Source: Bythopirellula sp.
GTDB taxonomy: Bacteria > Planctomycetota > Planctomycetia > Pirellulales > Lacipirellulaceae
NCBI GenBank assembly: GCA_965216565.1
Contig: OZ244170.1
Coordinates: 1,600,001 to 1,664,000, forward strand
Reading direction: 5' to 3'
DNA: 64,000 nucleotides
Part shown: positions 20,715 to 31,424 of the stretch, one piece after another
How the letters are laid out: every line of letters begins with the position of its first letter
Numbering within the stretch: the first letter of the stretch is position 1
The notes under the pieces: generated by a model
Database searches by the model: none
What the model was told of the DNA's origin: nothing
What the model saw: only the letters and a program-made list of their open reading frames with translations
Program-made: the position numbers and the translations under genes

Positions 20715-22619
20715 GTGTCTAACCAAAATCAGCAAGGCAACGAACAATGGGCCACTCGGATTGGCGTCATCCTGGCGGTTGCCGGCTCGGCCGTGGGGCT
20801 GGGGAATTTTCTCCGCTTTCCTGGACAGGCTGCCCAAAACGGCGGTGGGGCTTTCATGTTGCCCTACTTTATCTCGCTGCTGATTCTCGGCATTCCACTC
20901 TGCTGGGCTGAGTGGACGATGGGCCGCTACGGTGGGCTTCGCGGCTTCAATTCTGCACCGGGCGTTTTCAGCACGATTTGGCGGCACCCGTTCTCAAAAT
21001 ATCTCGGCAGTGTTGCGCTGCTGATTCCACTAATCATCTATATGTACTACGTATTGATCGAAGCCTGGTGCCTCGGCTATGCCATTAGCTATATCAATGG
21101 CGATCTGGTGGTGGGTGGCGGCGGCTTTGTTGACGAAGTCTCGCAGCAACTCCAAAACTCGCCCGACGAACCTCCCGGACCCAACGCCGCCAATGCGGCA
21201 GCCTTTGACCAATTTTTTGGCAACTACGTAGGCATCGAGAAAGATGGCACCCTGCTATCGTCCGGCCACTACTGGAAACTTGCGCTATTGGCCGGCGTCT
21301 TTATGTTCAACTTCACATTGATCTATCGCGGCGTTAGTAAAGGCATCGAACTCTTATGCCGCGTGGCCATGCCAATCATGGTGGTCCTAGCGATCATCGT
21401 CCTCGTGCGCGTGCTCACCCTTGGCACCCCCGACCCCTCCAAGCCCGACCAATCTCTGCTCAATGGTCTAGGGTTTATGTGGAATCCCGATTTCAAAAAA
21501 TTGAGGGATCCCGAAACTTGGCTAGCCGCATCGGGACAGATATTCTTTAGTCTCTCCGTCGGCTTCGGCATCATTGTTAACTACGCCAGCTATCTTCGCA
21601 AAAACGACGACATCGTTCTCAGCGGGTTAACAAGCGCCAGTATGAACGAGTTTTTTGAAGTCTGCTTGGGTGGACTCATCACGTTGCCGGCGGCATTCAT
21701 ATTTCTCGGCGCCAGTGCCGGCGAGCAAGGAACCTTCGGCTTGGGCTTTGTTTCGCTGCCCAACGTCTTTGGCATGATGCAAGGCGGCCAGATATTTGGC
21801 TTCCTGTGGTTCTTCATGCTCTTCATCGCGGCCGTTACCAGTAGCGTTTCGATGCTCCAACCAGTCATCGCTTTCTTGGAAGAAGGCTTTGGACTCAAGC
21901 GACATGCCTCAGCCGCTCTATTGGGACTAATCTCGGCCCTAGGTTGCGGTTTTGTGATGTACTTCTCCGAGGGACTTGTGGCTCTCGATACTTTCGACTT
22001 CTGGGTTGGCAGCGTTATGATTTTCTTGCTCGCCCTGTTCCAAGCGATCCTCTATGGCTGGATTTTCGGGATCGGCAAAGGCCACGAAGAGGCACACATT
22101 GGTGCCCACATTCGCATCCCCTGGGTCGTGCAACTGATGCTCAAGTATGTTGTCCCCGTGTATCTACTAGTAATCTTTGTAATGTTCTGCTGGACGGGAA
22201 TCCCAAGCTCAGACAAAGTTCGGGAGGTCTTGCCCCCGGGAATCGTCGAAATTTTGAAGGACAACGATCTCGACGAAACAGAACGGACCACCCAACTCAT
22301 CCAACGGGCCGGCCTCGATGCCGACTCGACAGTAGAACGCAGTGGCACCGATTTGGATTGGACCATTCGCGACGAGGAGGGATCCGTCCACCAAAGAATC
22401 TTTGCCAACGCTGACGGCAAACTAGCGATCTACGATCACAAGGCCGGCTATCTGGAAACTATCGGCAACAATCAGGCCGCACTCTCTTCGGTGTTGTTTA
22501 TCGCGACGATCCTCGGGTTCCTTTTGTTGCTAATCAATATCGCCGGTCGTCGTTGGGAAGCCGAAGGCCGCTATAACGACGTAGACAGCGGAGCCAACGC
22601 AACCACCGCTGACGAATAA
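20715..22619 (+). CDS. Sodium-dependent transporter, NSS/SNF family
   Basis: [31 protein letters not shown]; multiple TM helices; GTG start after AGGAG. Confidence 0.93.
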   Translation: MSNQNQQGNEQWATRIGVILAVAGSAVGLGNFLRFPGQAAQNGGGAFMLPYFISLLILGIPLCWAEWTMGRYGGLRGFNSAPGVFSTIWRHPFSKYLGSVALLIPLIIYMYYVLIEAWCLGYAISYINGDLVVGGGGFVDEVSQQLQNSPDEPPGPNAANAAAFDQFFGNYVGIEKDGTLLSSGHYWKLALLAGVFMFNFTLIYRGVSKGIELLCRVAMPIMVVLAIIVLVRVLTLGTPDPSKPDQSLLNGLGFMWNPDFKKLRDPETWLAASGQIFFSLSVGFGIIVNYASYLRKNDDIVLSGLTSASMNEFFEVCLGGLITLPAAFIFLGASAGEQGTFGLGFVSLPNVFGMMQGGQIFGFLWFFMLFIAAVTSSVSMLQPVIAFLEEGFGLKRHASAALLGLISALGCGFVMYFSEGLVALDTFDFWVGSVMIFLLALFQAILYGWIFGIGKGHEEAHIGAHIRIPWVVQLMLKYVVPVYLLVIFVMFCWTGIPSSDKVREVLPPGIVEILKDNDLDETERTTQLIQRAGLDADSTVERSGTDLDWTIRDEEGSVHQRIFANADGKLAIYDHKAGYLETIGNNQAALSSVLFIATILGFLLLLINIAGRRWEAEGRYNDVDSGANATTADE

Positions 22620-22660
22620 CTCGTCCTCAAACCACACTATTCCCCACTCACGGTACAGCC

Positions 22661-22870
22661 ATGGAATATCTATTCGCCGCCATTGAGAATCCTGTTCGAC
22701 CCATCGAGATCAACGGTGCCGGCTGGGCGACCATGCTGCTTTCGGTCGCCTCGGTTCTGACACTCCTCAGTTTTTGTCTGTACCGAGTGTTCACGTTGCC
22801 CCCGGTTGACGAAGACTCGGTCAAAGGCGAACTCGGCATCGATACGGGCGACACCGAGGACGCCGATTGA
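22661..22870 (+). CDS. Small single-TM protein, possible NSS transporter accessory subunit
   Basis: 69 aa, one hydrophobic helix (GWATMLLSVASVLTLLSFCLYRV), acidic tail, directly downstream of the transporter. Confidence 0.6.
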   Translation: MEYLFAAIENPVRPIEINGAGWATMLLSVASVLTLLSFCLYRVFTLPPVDEDSVKGELGIDTGDTEDAD

Positions 22871-22923
22871 CTGCCGAACTTTGCTGAACTTCTCCTCGAC
22901 TTCCCAGGATTTATGCAAATCCC

Positions 22924-23349
22924 ATGGCCGGTAAACCCGCTTGGCTTTTCAACCAGTCTGCCGTGATCCCTTACTTGCTGGAAGATGGCAACTTAAAGGT
23001 GGTTCTAATCACCTCCAACTCCTCGCGACACTGGGTGATTCCCAAAGGCGTCATCGAGCGAGACATGACTCCCAGCGAGTCCGCTGCCAAAGAAGCTTTG
23101 GAAGAAGCCGGCATTACTGGCGAGACATCCGAGAAAGTGATCACGGAATACCACTACGACAAATGGGGAGGCACCTGCCACGTGCAAGTCTTCCCGATGC
23201 GAGTTACAGAAGTTCTCGATGAATGGGATGAAATGCATGCTCGCAAACGGGAAATCGTCGCAGCCGAGTTGGCGATAACACAAGTGAAGCCCGTACTACG
23301 GAAAGTCCTAGAAGAGTTTGTCGAACGATTTCGCTCCAATGATATCTAG
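22924..23349 (+). CDS. NUDIX hydrolase
   Basis: WVIPKG..E...SAAKEALEEAGI Nudix box. Confidence 0.9.
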   Translation: MAGKPAWLFNQSAVIPYLLEDGNLKVVLITSNSSRHWVIPKGVIERDMTPSESAAKEALEEAGITGETSEKVITEYHYDKWGGTCHVQVFPMRVTEVLDEWDEMHARKREIVAAELAITQVKPVLRKVLEEFVERFRSNDI

Positions 23350-23393
23350 AACCAACGTTCGACCGTAAGCCTGAATTGCTGAGGAGTCTGGCC

Positions 23394-24101
23394 ATGAAAG
23401 TCGCTGACGTCTTGAAGAAACTCAAAGCGCTGGGCTCCGAGTCGTATCGAAAGATTCTCCTCAAACATGGCGCGAAGAATCCCATCTTCGGCGTGAAGAT
23501 TTCAGAGCTCAAGAAACTTCACAAACAGATCAAGACCAACCACGAGCTGGCTTGTGAGTTGTACGAAACGGGCATTTACGACGCCCAGTATTTGGCCGGC
23601 TACCTGGTCGTCGACGAGCAGATGACCAAGCGTGATTTGCAGCGCTGGGTTTCTCAATCGAATTCTCCGACACTCTGCGGAATCACCGTCGCCTGGGTTG
23701 CCGCGGAAGGTCCGCACGGCGAGGCGATGGCGCTCAAGTGGATTGATGCCAAAAACGAGAACGCAGCCCACACCGGCTGGAACACGCTCAGCCACCTGGT
23801 AGCCCTCACGGACGATGCCGACCTTGATCTCGCACTGCTGAAGAAGCTCCTCAAGCGGGTGGAGAAGACGATCCACAACGAGTCCGACTTGGTTCGCTAT
23901 GCGATGAACGGCTTCGTCATCGCCGCGGGAAGCTATGTTCCCGAACTCACGAAACCGGCAATAGAAACCGCCAAAAAAATCGGCACCGTAACCGTCGACA
24001 TGGGCGACACCGCCTGCACCGTCCCCGCCGCCGCCGAGTACATCGCCAAAGTGCAAAAACGCGGGTCGATTGGCAAAAAGCGAAAGACGGTGAAGTGCTG
24101 A
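23394..24101 (+). CDS. DNA alkylation repair protein (AlkD-like HEAT repeat)
   Basis: GAGGAG RBS; FGVK..ELK, HELA..LY.TG.YDA, RYAMN, VDMGDTAC.VP. Confidence 0.8.
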   Translation: MKVADVLKKLKALGSESYRKILLKHGAKNPIFGVKISELKKLHKQIKTNHELACELYETGIYDAQYLAGYLVVDEQMTKRDLQRWVSQSNSPTLCGITVAWVAAEGPHGEAMALKWIDAKNENAAHTGWNTLSHLVALTDDADLDLALLKKLLKRVEKTIHNESDLVRYAMNGFVIAAGSYVPELTKPAIETAKKIGTVTVDMGDTACTVPAAAEYIAKVQKRGSIGKKRKTVKC

Positions 24102-24158
24102 TGTGATTACGATAAGTTATCGTTTGCTAGGAGAGAAACTTGCGGACAATTAAAGTTA

Positions 24159-24259
24159 AAGGGGACATTCTACTTTCTTGATCTCCACCTCGGCACCAGT
24201 ACCGACCGCTCAGCACATATCTGTTCACCCGCTAGCATAGAGAAGTAGCATGTCCCCTT
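24159..24259. repeat. Short element bounded by 17-bp inverted repeats (MITE/REP-like)
   Basis: AAGGGGACATTCTACTT (24159-24175) and AAGTAGCATGTCCCCTT (24243-24259), 1 mismatch. Confidence 0.7.
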
Positions 24260-24354
24260 AAATCCCCTGTTCCCCATCTCGCATCCTCCATTTTCATATA
24301 CAATCTGGTGTCGGATCAAAAGTCTTGACTATTCCTGAGCCGTAGAGTTGATAA

Positions 24355-25467
24355 ATGAATTCAAGGTGTTGGTATTTGGCTGCTGTTGTTGGACTCCTCT
24401 TAGCAATTCAGATGGACGCGTACGCAGCTTCGGCCTTTCGTTGTGTAGCTGAATTCCAAGGTTTCGAAAACCATATCTATTCGGTCTTCAGTAGTTCTGA
24501 TTCTAGTCAGGTTATGGCCAGCGGAGCGGGAGGAGTTTGGGTATGGGATAGATCCAGCGAAAAGCTATTTCATCACCTTGCGCCGAATGGGGCAACCTCT
24601 GCTGCATTGGCTCCTGATGATAACGTTTTCCTGGTGGGCATGGGTTATGGCAAGCTGGAGAAATGGAGCAACAGGACTGGAGACAGAATTCTTGAAGTTG
24701 ATATTTTGGACGGCAACGTCACTGCAATTGCTTTCGCTTCGGATCAAAGTTACTTCCTCGTCGGAAGTGGCTTTAAAATACGCGAGGGAATGGTCCTAGG
24801 TAGTGCCTATAAAATTCATTTATACGACGGACAAAATCTAAAACGCAAATCAAACTTTACAGGCCATATAGCTCCTGTCAGATCAATCCATGTAGTCGCC
24901 AATCGGACGAGATTCATCTCTGCAAGCGATGATGGTACACTTCGGATGTGGAATGTTAATCCGGCCGAAGAAATCAAAATTGCTGGTACAGCCATCCCTC
25001 CTGACACCACTGAATGGCAAGGAAAAGACATCATTCAGCCAAGAGACTTTCGTAATCGTGCTAGTCTATCAGTGTCTCAAGACGATAAGCTACTAATCTG
25101 GAATTCAAAAGTATGGGATATAGAAAATTGGCAAGAGATAAAGCAGTTAGTCCCCGCCAGTAAGAGTGAAAGAGTTATTTGCAGCGCGTTCTCATTTGAT
25201 AAGGAGCGATTTGCGACTGGACACACTGACGGAACAGTAAGACTTTGGAATACAGCAACACTTGAAGAAGTTGGGCGATTCTATGGGCATCTTAACAAAG
25301 CAGCTACGCTAGCAGTCGCTTTTTCACCTGATGGAAGGTTTCTATTAACTGGAGGTGAAGGATGTATCAGCGGGTTCGAGTCTATCAATTCTGGTCGTCA
25401 AACCTGCGATCTGACCGTTCGACTATGGAAGATCCCTGAAGCGAGAGAATCACCGCAAGCAGAATAG
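24355..25467 (+). CDS. Secreted WD40-repeat protein
   Basis: Signal peptide; GH...SASDDGTLRMWN, DGTVRLWN, AFSPDGRFLLTGG and TVRLWK repeats. Confidence 0.88.
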   Translation: MNSRCWYLAAVVGLLLAIQMDAYAASAFRCVAEFQGFENHIYSVFSSSDSSQVMASGAGGVWVWDRSSEKLFHHLAPNGATSAALAPDDNVFLVGMGYGKLEKWSNRTGDRILEVDILDGNVTAIAFASDQSYFLVGSGFKIREGMVLGSAYKIHLYDGQNLKRKSNFTGHIAPVRSIHVVANRTRFISASDDGTLRMWNVNPAEEIKIAGTAIPPDTTEWQGKDIIQPRDFRNRASLSVSQDDKLLIWNSKVWDIENWQEIKQLVPASKSERVICSAFSFDKERFATGHTDGTVRLWNTATLEEVGRFYGHLNKAATLAVAFSPDGRFLLTGGEGCISGFESINSGRQTCDLTVRLWKIPEARESPQAE

Positions 25468-25733
25468 GAGTTAATAAGTAATGACTAGTTTAAGGGCCAA
25501 GGTTAACTTGAGGGAAAAAGAAGACATTCAACATTTCGATTGTTTGTGTTCGGTCGATTAATCCATTGAGATGCTCCCATCGCAGTTGGAGATGTTCGCA
25601 AGCGCATTCCGCGAAGAGATATGTACTGCCCCCAAACCGAATAGTCTGATTCTCTAACGTCGTGATCCATTCAATTAGGGATACTAAACACATCTGCTAG
25701 GTTATTGCCTCGCGACCTGATACAATCACCTTC

Positions 25734-26273
25734 ATGAAGATTTCCGCGTTTATCGCCACTAGTCTCGACGGGTTTATCGCTCGCAATGATGGCGATGTCG
25801 AGTGGCTCGGCGAAGTGGAGGCGGGTGGCGAAGACTTTGGCTACTACGCGTTCATCGAAGATGTCGATTATCTGGTGATGGGACGCAACACGTTCGACAA
25901 AGTCCTGACTTTTGGCGAGTGGCCTTATGACGGGCGGCGGGTCGTTGTCTTGACCAGTCAACCGCTCTCTATCCCCGAAGCTCTGCAAGACTCCGTGGAG
26001 TCGATGGCTGCCACACCGGACGAAGTCGTCGCTGCATTGGACAAGCGCGGCGCGCAGCATTTATATGTGGATGGCGGTAAGACGATTCAGGGATTTCTAG
26101 ATGCGGGTCTGATTCAGCGGATGATCGTGACGCGCATTCCCGTTGTGTTGGGCGAGGGCATCCCACTGTTCGGCCCTGTGCAGCAGGACATTCGGTTTGA
26201 GCATGTCGTAACCCGTTCCTATGACTGCGGCAACGTCCAGTCGGAATACCTGGTTTCAAAAAGCGTCGATTGA
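25734..26273 (+). CDS. Dihydrofolate reductase / RibD C-terminal family protein
   Basis: IATSLDGFIA, MGRNTF, YVDGG, PVVLGEGIPLF. Confidence 0.9.
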   Translation: MKISAFIATSLDGFIARNDGDVEWLGEVEAGGEDFGYYAFIEDVDYLVMGRNTFDKVLTFGEWPYDGRRVVVLTSQPLSIPEALQDSVESMAATPDEVVAALDKRGAQHLYVDGGKTIQGFLDAGLIQRMIVTRIPVVLGEGIPLFGPVQQDIRFEHVVTRSYDCGNVQSEYLVSKSVD

Positions 26274-26674
26274 CTGCCGGCGCTTTGCAATTTGCTTTGC
26301 AATTTTCTTCTCGAATTTCGGCCAGTCACTCTGATAGAATGACACGCAAGGTTGGCTCCCAACTAATTAAAAACTGGCGTCACACCTAAGCCGCATTGCC
26401 ACGCAATGCAAGGCAGCACTGGATCGAGGCCAGCACCAGGATTCAATCCACAACGCCGTACCGACTCTAAGTAGCGCAACTCCGCGCCATGACGTTGAGC
26501 CACTTCAAGCCGCTCAATTTCGACCGACAATGTCCCCGCGCCAGCCGCCATTTGCTCTGTCCACACCCTCCGTCTAGCGATAAACTGAAAATCGATTTCC
26601 GAAAAAGCACAACATCCTGTGTCACGACATTTCTGTCACACAAGATTTAGATCTGCCCAGGTTAGAATGCCGCC

Positions 26675-27715
26675 ATGGCTTCCGTCGTCTCCGAATCATC
26701 CGCCGCCGCCAAACCGATCGCCGAGCCGTTTTATATCGGCCCGCTGAAGATCGATCCGCCGATTCTGCAAGCGCCCATGGCGGGGTTCACCAACTTTGCC
26801 TTCCGGCAGATCGTCCGTGGTTTTGGCGGAACCGGACTTTTGGCGACCGAGATGGTGAATGCCCGTGGATTTGTCTGGCTCGACGAGAACGAAGCGGAGC
26901 ACCCCGACCGGCTCTGGGGCGTAAAAGACGAGCCCCGCCCGCTGGCCGTGCAGATTTGGGACAATGAGCCCGCCACCTTGGCCAAAGTCGGTGCCCGATT
27001 GGCAAGCGAGTATCAGGTGAGCGTGGTCGATATTAATTTCGGCTGTCCTGTGAAGCAGGTGACCGAAAAAGCCCACAGTGGTTCCTATCTGCTAAAACAC
27101 CCCGACCGCATGGGCCAGATCATCGAGCAGGTGGTCGCCGCCTGCGATCCCACGCCGGTGACCGCGAAAATTCGGCTCGGATGCACACGCGATCAGATCA
27201 ATGCGAACGATATCGCCCAGGTGGTGGAAGGTGCTGGTGCAGCCGCCCTCACCGTCCACGGCCGCACCGCTGCCGACATGTTCCGCGGTAGCGCCGACTG
27301 GGATCGAATCGCGGCGATTAAACCTTACCTTTCGAGAATCCCGCTGATCGGTAATGGAGATTTAGATTCAGCGGAACGCGTGGTCGACGCATTCCGCCGC
27401 TACGGGGTCGATGGTGTCATGATCGCCCGGGCATCGCTCAACAAGCCCTGGTTATTTGCCCAGGCGGCCGCCGCCCTGCAAGGAGAATCTCCCCCGCCCG
27501 ACCCAACTCCAGCCGAACAGTGCGAGCTAATGCTCCGTCATTTCGACTTGGTTTGCCAACGGTTTGGTTCAGAGCGGGGATCCGTTTTGATGCGAAAATA
27601 TGCTTGTTGCTATGCCCAAGGCCGCCCAGGCGCTCGGGAATTCCGCAAACAGGTGGCGCGAATTTGTAGCGCTGAGGAGTTTTATCGGGTCGTTGATGAG
27701 ACTTTTCCGAAGTGA
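26675..27715 (+). CDS. dusB: tRNA-dihydrouridine synthase
   Basis: APMAG, DINFGCP, KIRLG, VHGRT, GNGD, GVMIAR. Confidence 0.88.
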   Translation: MASVVSESSAAAKPIAEPFYIGPLKIDPPILQAPMAGFTNFAFRQIVRGFGGTGLLATEMVNARGFVWLDENEAEHPDRLWGVKDEPRPLAVQIWDNEPATLAKVGARLASEYQVSVVDINFGCPVKQVTEKAHSGSYLLKHPDRMGQIIEQVVAACDPTPVTAKIRLGCTRDQINANDIAQVVEGAGAAALTVHGRTAADMFRGSADWDRIAAIKPYLSRIPLIGNGDLDSAERVVDAFRRYGVDGVMIARASLNKPWLFAQAAAALQGESPPPDPTPAEQCELMLRHFDLVCQRFGSERGSVLMRKYACCYAQGRPGAREFRKQVARICSAEEFYRVVDETFPK

Positions 27716-27815
27716 TTTCACGCGGAAATCGGCTGCCAACCGCACGGAACAGCCAGCTAGCTGCTACAATTAGAGGTTGCCCTCGAAGACAATCTCTCAC
27801 CTTAGCGTCCTTTCA

Positions 27816-29072
27816 ATGGCAACCTTAGCCACCATCGCCCTCTGTCTGCTGCTGTTTGTCGCTGCCGAACAAATTGCCGCTGTCGTACTATTTGTTCGAT
27901 ATTGCCGGAGGACTCCAAAAGGTGATGGCCATTATCAGCCGAAGGCATTGGTCGTGCTGCCCGTACGCGGAGCGGATGAAACGCTTGCCGACTGTGTAGA
28001 TGCACTCATTCAGCAGGACTATGCCGATTTCCGGTTGCGTGTGATTTTCGATTCACCATCCGACCCAGGATGGGAGATCGTCGAACAAGTGCTGGAATCG
28101 CATCCGAGCGCGGCTGTTGAATTGCTACAACTTGCTGAAATTCGCTCGACATGCAGTTTAAAGTGTAGCGCCGTCTATGAAGCAACAGAAGATTTGGGCG
28201 ACGCGGAAGTTGTTGCCTTAATTGACTCCGATATTGCACCAGATCGTAGCTGGCTCGCTGAATTGGTGGCACCTCTGGCTAGTGACGAAGTGGCTGTCGC
28301 GCATGGCAACCGCTGGTATTTGCCAACCGACAATAGTTGGGGATCGTTATTGCGTTACTTCTGGAACGCAGCTGCAGTTGCCACGATGTACTTCTGGGGC
28401 ATGCCTTGGGGAGGTTCGGTTGCGGTGAAACGCCAGCTGCTTGAGAAAACTGATATTCGACAGCGCTGGCTACGTGCGGGGTGCGAGGATGTGCCCCTGG
28501 GCAGTGTCGCCCGTAGCAAAGGTTTGAAGGTACGATTCGTTCCGAGCCTTATCATGCGTGATTGCGACAACACCTCGCTCCGCCAATGTTTTCCGTTTCT
28601 CGACCGCCAACTACTTTGGGCTAGGCTGTATCACCCGCTCTGTTGGTGGGCAAGCAATATTTGGCAAGTGCTGATTGCAGTGGCTATGTCGGCTGCATTG
28701 TTGAGTATTATCGTCGGCATTTGGAATGGCCAATACGCCGCGGTTGCGATCGGTGTGATGGCGGCAGCCCTGCCAAATCTGGTATCTATGGTGCTGGTTG
28801 GCTGGATCGAGCGGACGCTTCTCCCCACCGAGCAAGGCCCCGTTTCGCGCTCGCCCTTGCGAGGGCTCCTAGCCATCGCGTTCACCAATATTGCTATGAT
28901 TCGAGTTATTTTCGTCTCTTTGCTGGCCCGATCAATCGATTGGCGGGGAATCACCTATCGAATCGCTGGTCCCTGGCGGATTGAAATGGTGTTGTATCGC
29001 CCGTACGAGTCAAATCTCCAGCAGCAAAGCAAGCACGAAGCCGATCTGACAGAAGTTTCTGCTACTGTTTAA
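27816..29072 (+). CDS. Membrane glycosyltransferase, GT21/GT2 (ceramide glucosyltransferase / HpnI-like)
   Basis: N-terminal TM, PVRG.D, K, DSD, ED, RQLLW and WRGITY motifs; start uncertain (27777 or 27816). Confidence 0.8.
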   Translation: MATLATIALCLLLFVAAEQIAAVVLFVRYCRRTPKGDGHYQPKALVVLPVRGADETLADCVDALIQQDYADFRLRVIFDSPSDPGWEIVEQVLESHPSAAVELLQLAEIRSTCSLKCSAVYEATEDLGDAEVVALIDSDIAPDRSWLAELVAPLASDEVAVAHGNRWYLPTDNSWGSLLRYFWNAAAVATMYFWGMPWGGSVAVKRQLLEKTDIRQRWLRAGCEDVPLGSVARSKGLKVRFVPSLIMRDCDNTSLRQCFPFLDRQLLWARLYHPLCWWASNIWQVLIAVAMSAALLSIIVGIWNGQYAAVAIGVMAAALPNLVSMVLVGWIERTLLPTEQGPVSRSPLRGLLAIAFTNIAMIRVIFVSLLARSIDWRGITYRIAGPWRIEMVLYRPYESNLQQQSKHEADLTEVSATV

Positions 29073-29114
29073 CGCTCGGTCCAACAGCAAGCCCCGGTCT
29101 ATCATTAAGCGTCG

Positions 29115-29948
29115 ATGAAAACAGTTTTTGCCTTGGCAACCGGTCGATCGGGAACTCGATTTCTCTCTCACTTGCTTCGCAACAACGTGAAGAATGCCGT
29201 CTGCCGACACGAACCATATTTCGATTGGGGCAATCCCTCGATGTTCGGTCGGCCCATCTACGATCACACACATAGTAATTTGAAGCCAATCCAGAGACTC
29301 CTGGAACGTAAAAAGCGGTATATCTCCCGTCGCCGCACAGAAGCATATATCGAAACAAGCCATGCCTTTCTGAAGTCGTACTACGATTTGGCAGCCGACT
29401 ACTTCGACGACAGCCGCTTTGTCCACCTAATTCGCAACCCTCTAAAGACGGCCCGTAGCGAAGCTAACCGGGAACAGTGGATCGAGAGTATCCATTTCCC
29501 GTTACGACACTACCGCGTCGCCAACGGCCAGAAACTGTTCAATTGGTCGCTGACGGGGGACGAAGAGATTTACCAAAATATAGGAATTGAAGACCCTTCA
29601 CTGTTCCAGTTCTACGTCATTCAGTGGATCGAAATTGAAAACCGAGCCATGACCTTCCTCAAAGACTTCGACGCAACCGATCGCTGCGTCACCTTGCAAT
29701 CGCCACATGAACTAAACGATGCTGCCTCCATTCAGGACGCCATTTCGCGATTGGGGTTGGAACTTTCGGGCGAATCCATAGCGGTAGCTGGCAAACAAAA
29801 TCGCACACCCGGAGCTCGGACGGAAATCACAAGCCGCGAAGAGGATGAATTCCACGAGGTCGTCTCTCGCATACCGCAGGAATACCTAGAGATTTTTACC
29901 CTAGAACCCTATGCAGCCCAGGAATGGGTCCGTTGGCTAAAGAAATAG
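29115..29948 (+). CDS. Sulfotransferase-like protein
   Basis: TGRSGT (5'-PSB-like), HEP, and HLIRNP...S (3'-PB-like) motifs. Confidence 0.7.
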   Translation: MKTVFALATGRSGTRFLSHLLRNNVKNAVCRHEPYFDWGNPSMFGRPIYDHTHSNLKPIQRLLERKKRYISRRRTEAYIETSHAFLKSYYDLAADYFDDSRFVHLIRNPLKTARSEANREQWIESIHFPLRHYRVANGQKLFNWSLTGDEEIYQNIGIEDPSLFQFYVIQWIEIENRAMTFLKDFDATDRCVTLQSPHELNDAASIQDAISRLGLELSGESIAVAGKQNRTPGARTEITSREEDEFHEVVSRIPQEYLEIFTLEPYAAQEWVRWLKK

Positions 29949-29966
29949 CAGTTGAGAGGCCGGTCT

Positions 29967-31136
29967 TTACCGTCGCTGTGGTTTAACCAGAATCGAGCGC
30001 TCACCCTTCACATCATCTGTGGGTTCGCGGCGGACGTTACGGTCTTCGCCGCTAAAAGTCTGTGGGCGTGTGCGAAGCGGATTGGACGAACGAAGAGGTT
30101 CTTCGCCGCTAGTCGTAGCGACTCCCGAATTGTCCCGTCCTGGCGGGGTGACAGAGGGCGTTTCGATTAGCATGGCAACCAATCGCCCTGTGCCAACGCG
30201 GCCTGGAGAAGCAAGTTCCGTATAGCGTACGATCTGCTGGTTGTAGTCCCGCAATGCTCGGACGAATTCGCGTCGGCGGAGGCTGACTAATTCGTGGGTC
30301 TTTAGCAGCAATTTGCCATCGGACTGAGGATTGCGTTGGCGGCTTACCAAGTCGAGCCAACTCTGGTCGTCGGTTACCTGGGCCGCCTGTAGCTTGAGGT
30401 GTGCGTACATGGCAGGAACTAGTTCGTGCAAATCTCGGGAACGATCAGTCTCGCGGCCATTAAAGTTCTGTTCGTAGCGAGTCTCGTATGCACCTGCATG
30501 GGGTTTATCTGCGGGTAAGGGCATGCCATCGGTGGCGGAGCCTTTCATCAAACGGTGTAAGCGATACTGGGCCAACTCGGCAGTGCGTCGGGCCACCTGC
30601 ATGCGATTTGTTTGCAACTGACGTGCTTCTTGCCAAGCAGGACTAGGCTGCGAGATACTTTGAAGCAGGGTCTTGAGCTCAGTCGACTCCCGGGCTGAGA
30701 GATAATAGTCGGTAAGAGCAGCCGACAGATCCCAATAGGCAGAGACGACTTCGGTCTGTTCCTCACGGGAATTGCAATTGGCAATGGCCTCGGTAAGCGT
30801 AACAATTTCGCCGCCAAGTCGACCGGAGATTGGCGGACGCGAGAGCGATTCCAACAGGTCGGCGGGTTTGACCGTTTGCTGAGCCGTTGCAGGACTCGTA
30901 ACTGAGGTAGAAGCGGGAGGGGCAGATCGCTCGAGAGGCTGCGATGCAGGGGGAGTTGCCGTATCGCGAGGAGTCACGGGCGGCTGATCCCAAGGCTCTG
31001 TGGTAGATGTCGTTTCAGCCGATGACGCCACGTCTTGCGGCGAACCGCCTGCCGCGGACGAATCGTACGCACCGTACCGACTATCCCCAGCAACTTGACC
31101 CAATAACACCAGCGCGACCAATGCGAGAGACTGCAT
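29967..31136 (-). CDS. Exported hypothetical protein with Pro/Thr/Ser linker and helical domain
   Basis: GGAGGAGG RBS, signal-like MQSLALVALVLLGQ, long helical region. Confidence 0.6.
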   Translation of the reverse strand: MQSLALVALVLLGQVAGDSRYGAYDSSAAGGSPQDVASSAETTSTTEPWDQPPVTPRDTATPPASQPLERSAPPASTSVTSPATAQQTVKPADLLESLSRPPISGRLGGEIVTLTEAIANCNSREEQTEVVSAYWDLSAALTDYYLSARESTELKTLLQSISQPSPAWQEARQLQTNRMQVARRTAELAQYRLHRLMKGSATDGMPLPADKPHAGAYETRYEQNFNGRETDRSRDLHELVPAMYAHLKLQAAQVTDDQSWLDLVSRQRNPQSDGKLLLKTHELVSLRRREFVRALRDYNQQIVRYTELASPGRVGTGRLVAMLIETPSVTPPGRDNSGVATTSGEEPLRSSNPLRTRPQTFSGEDRNVRREPTDDVKGERSILVKPQRR

Positions 31137-31424
31137 TTGGAAGCCTCCTCCATGAATACTAGATTCCCTCAAACCCAATCGGGCAGATACACAATTGCCC
31201 GCGACCACTGATTAAGGTCCCACGAAGTGCGCGCAGCGTCAATAACGCGGGATAGAGAAGTGAGAGAATGGATGAAATGCGAAGCTTGGGTGGCACCTGA
31301 CATCTGAAGTTTGAGGGCCAATATAGGAGGATGCAGACTGAAAACCGATGAACTCTAGGATTAACCGCACAATCTAGTTGCGTCCGCAATATCGAGAATT
31401 TCACTACAGCGATTTAGAGCTCGC

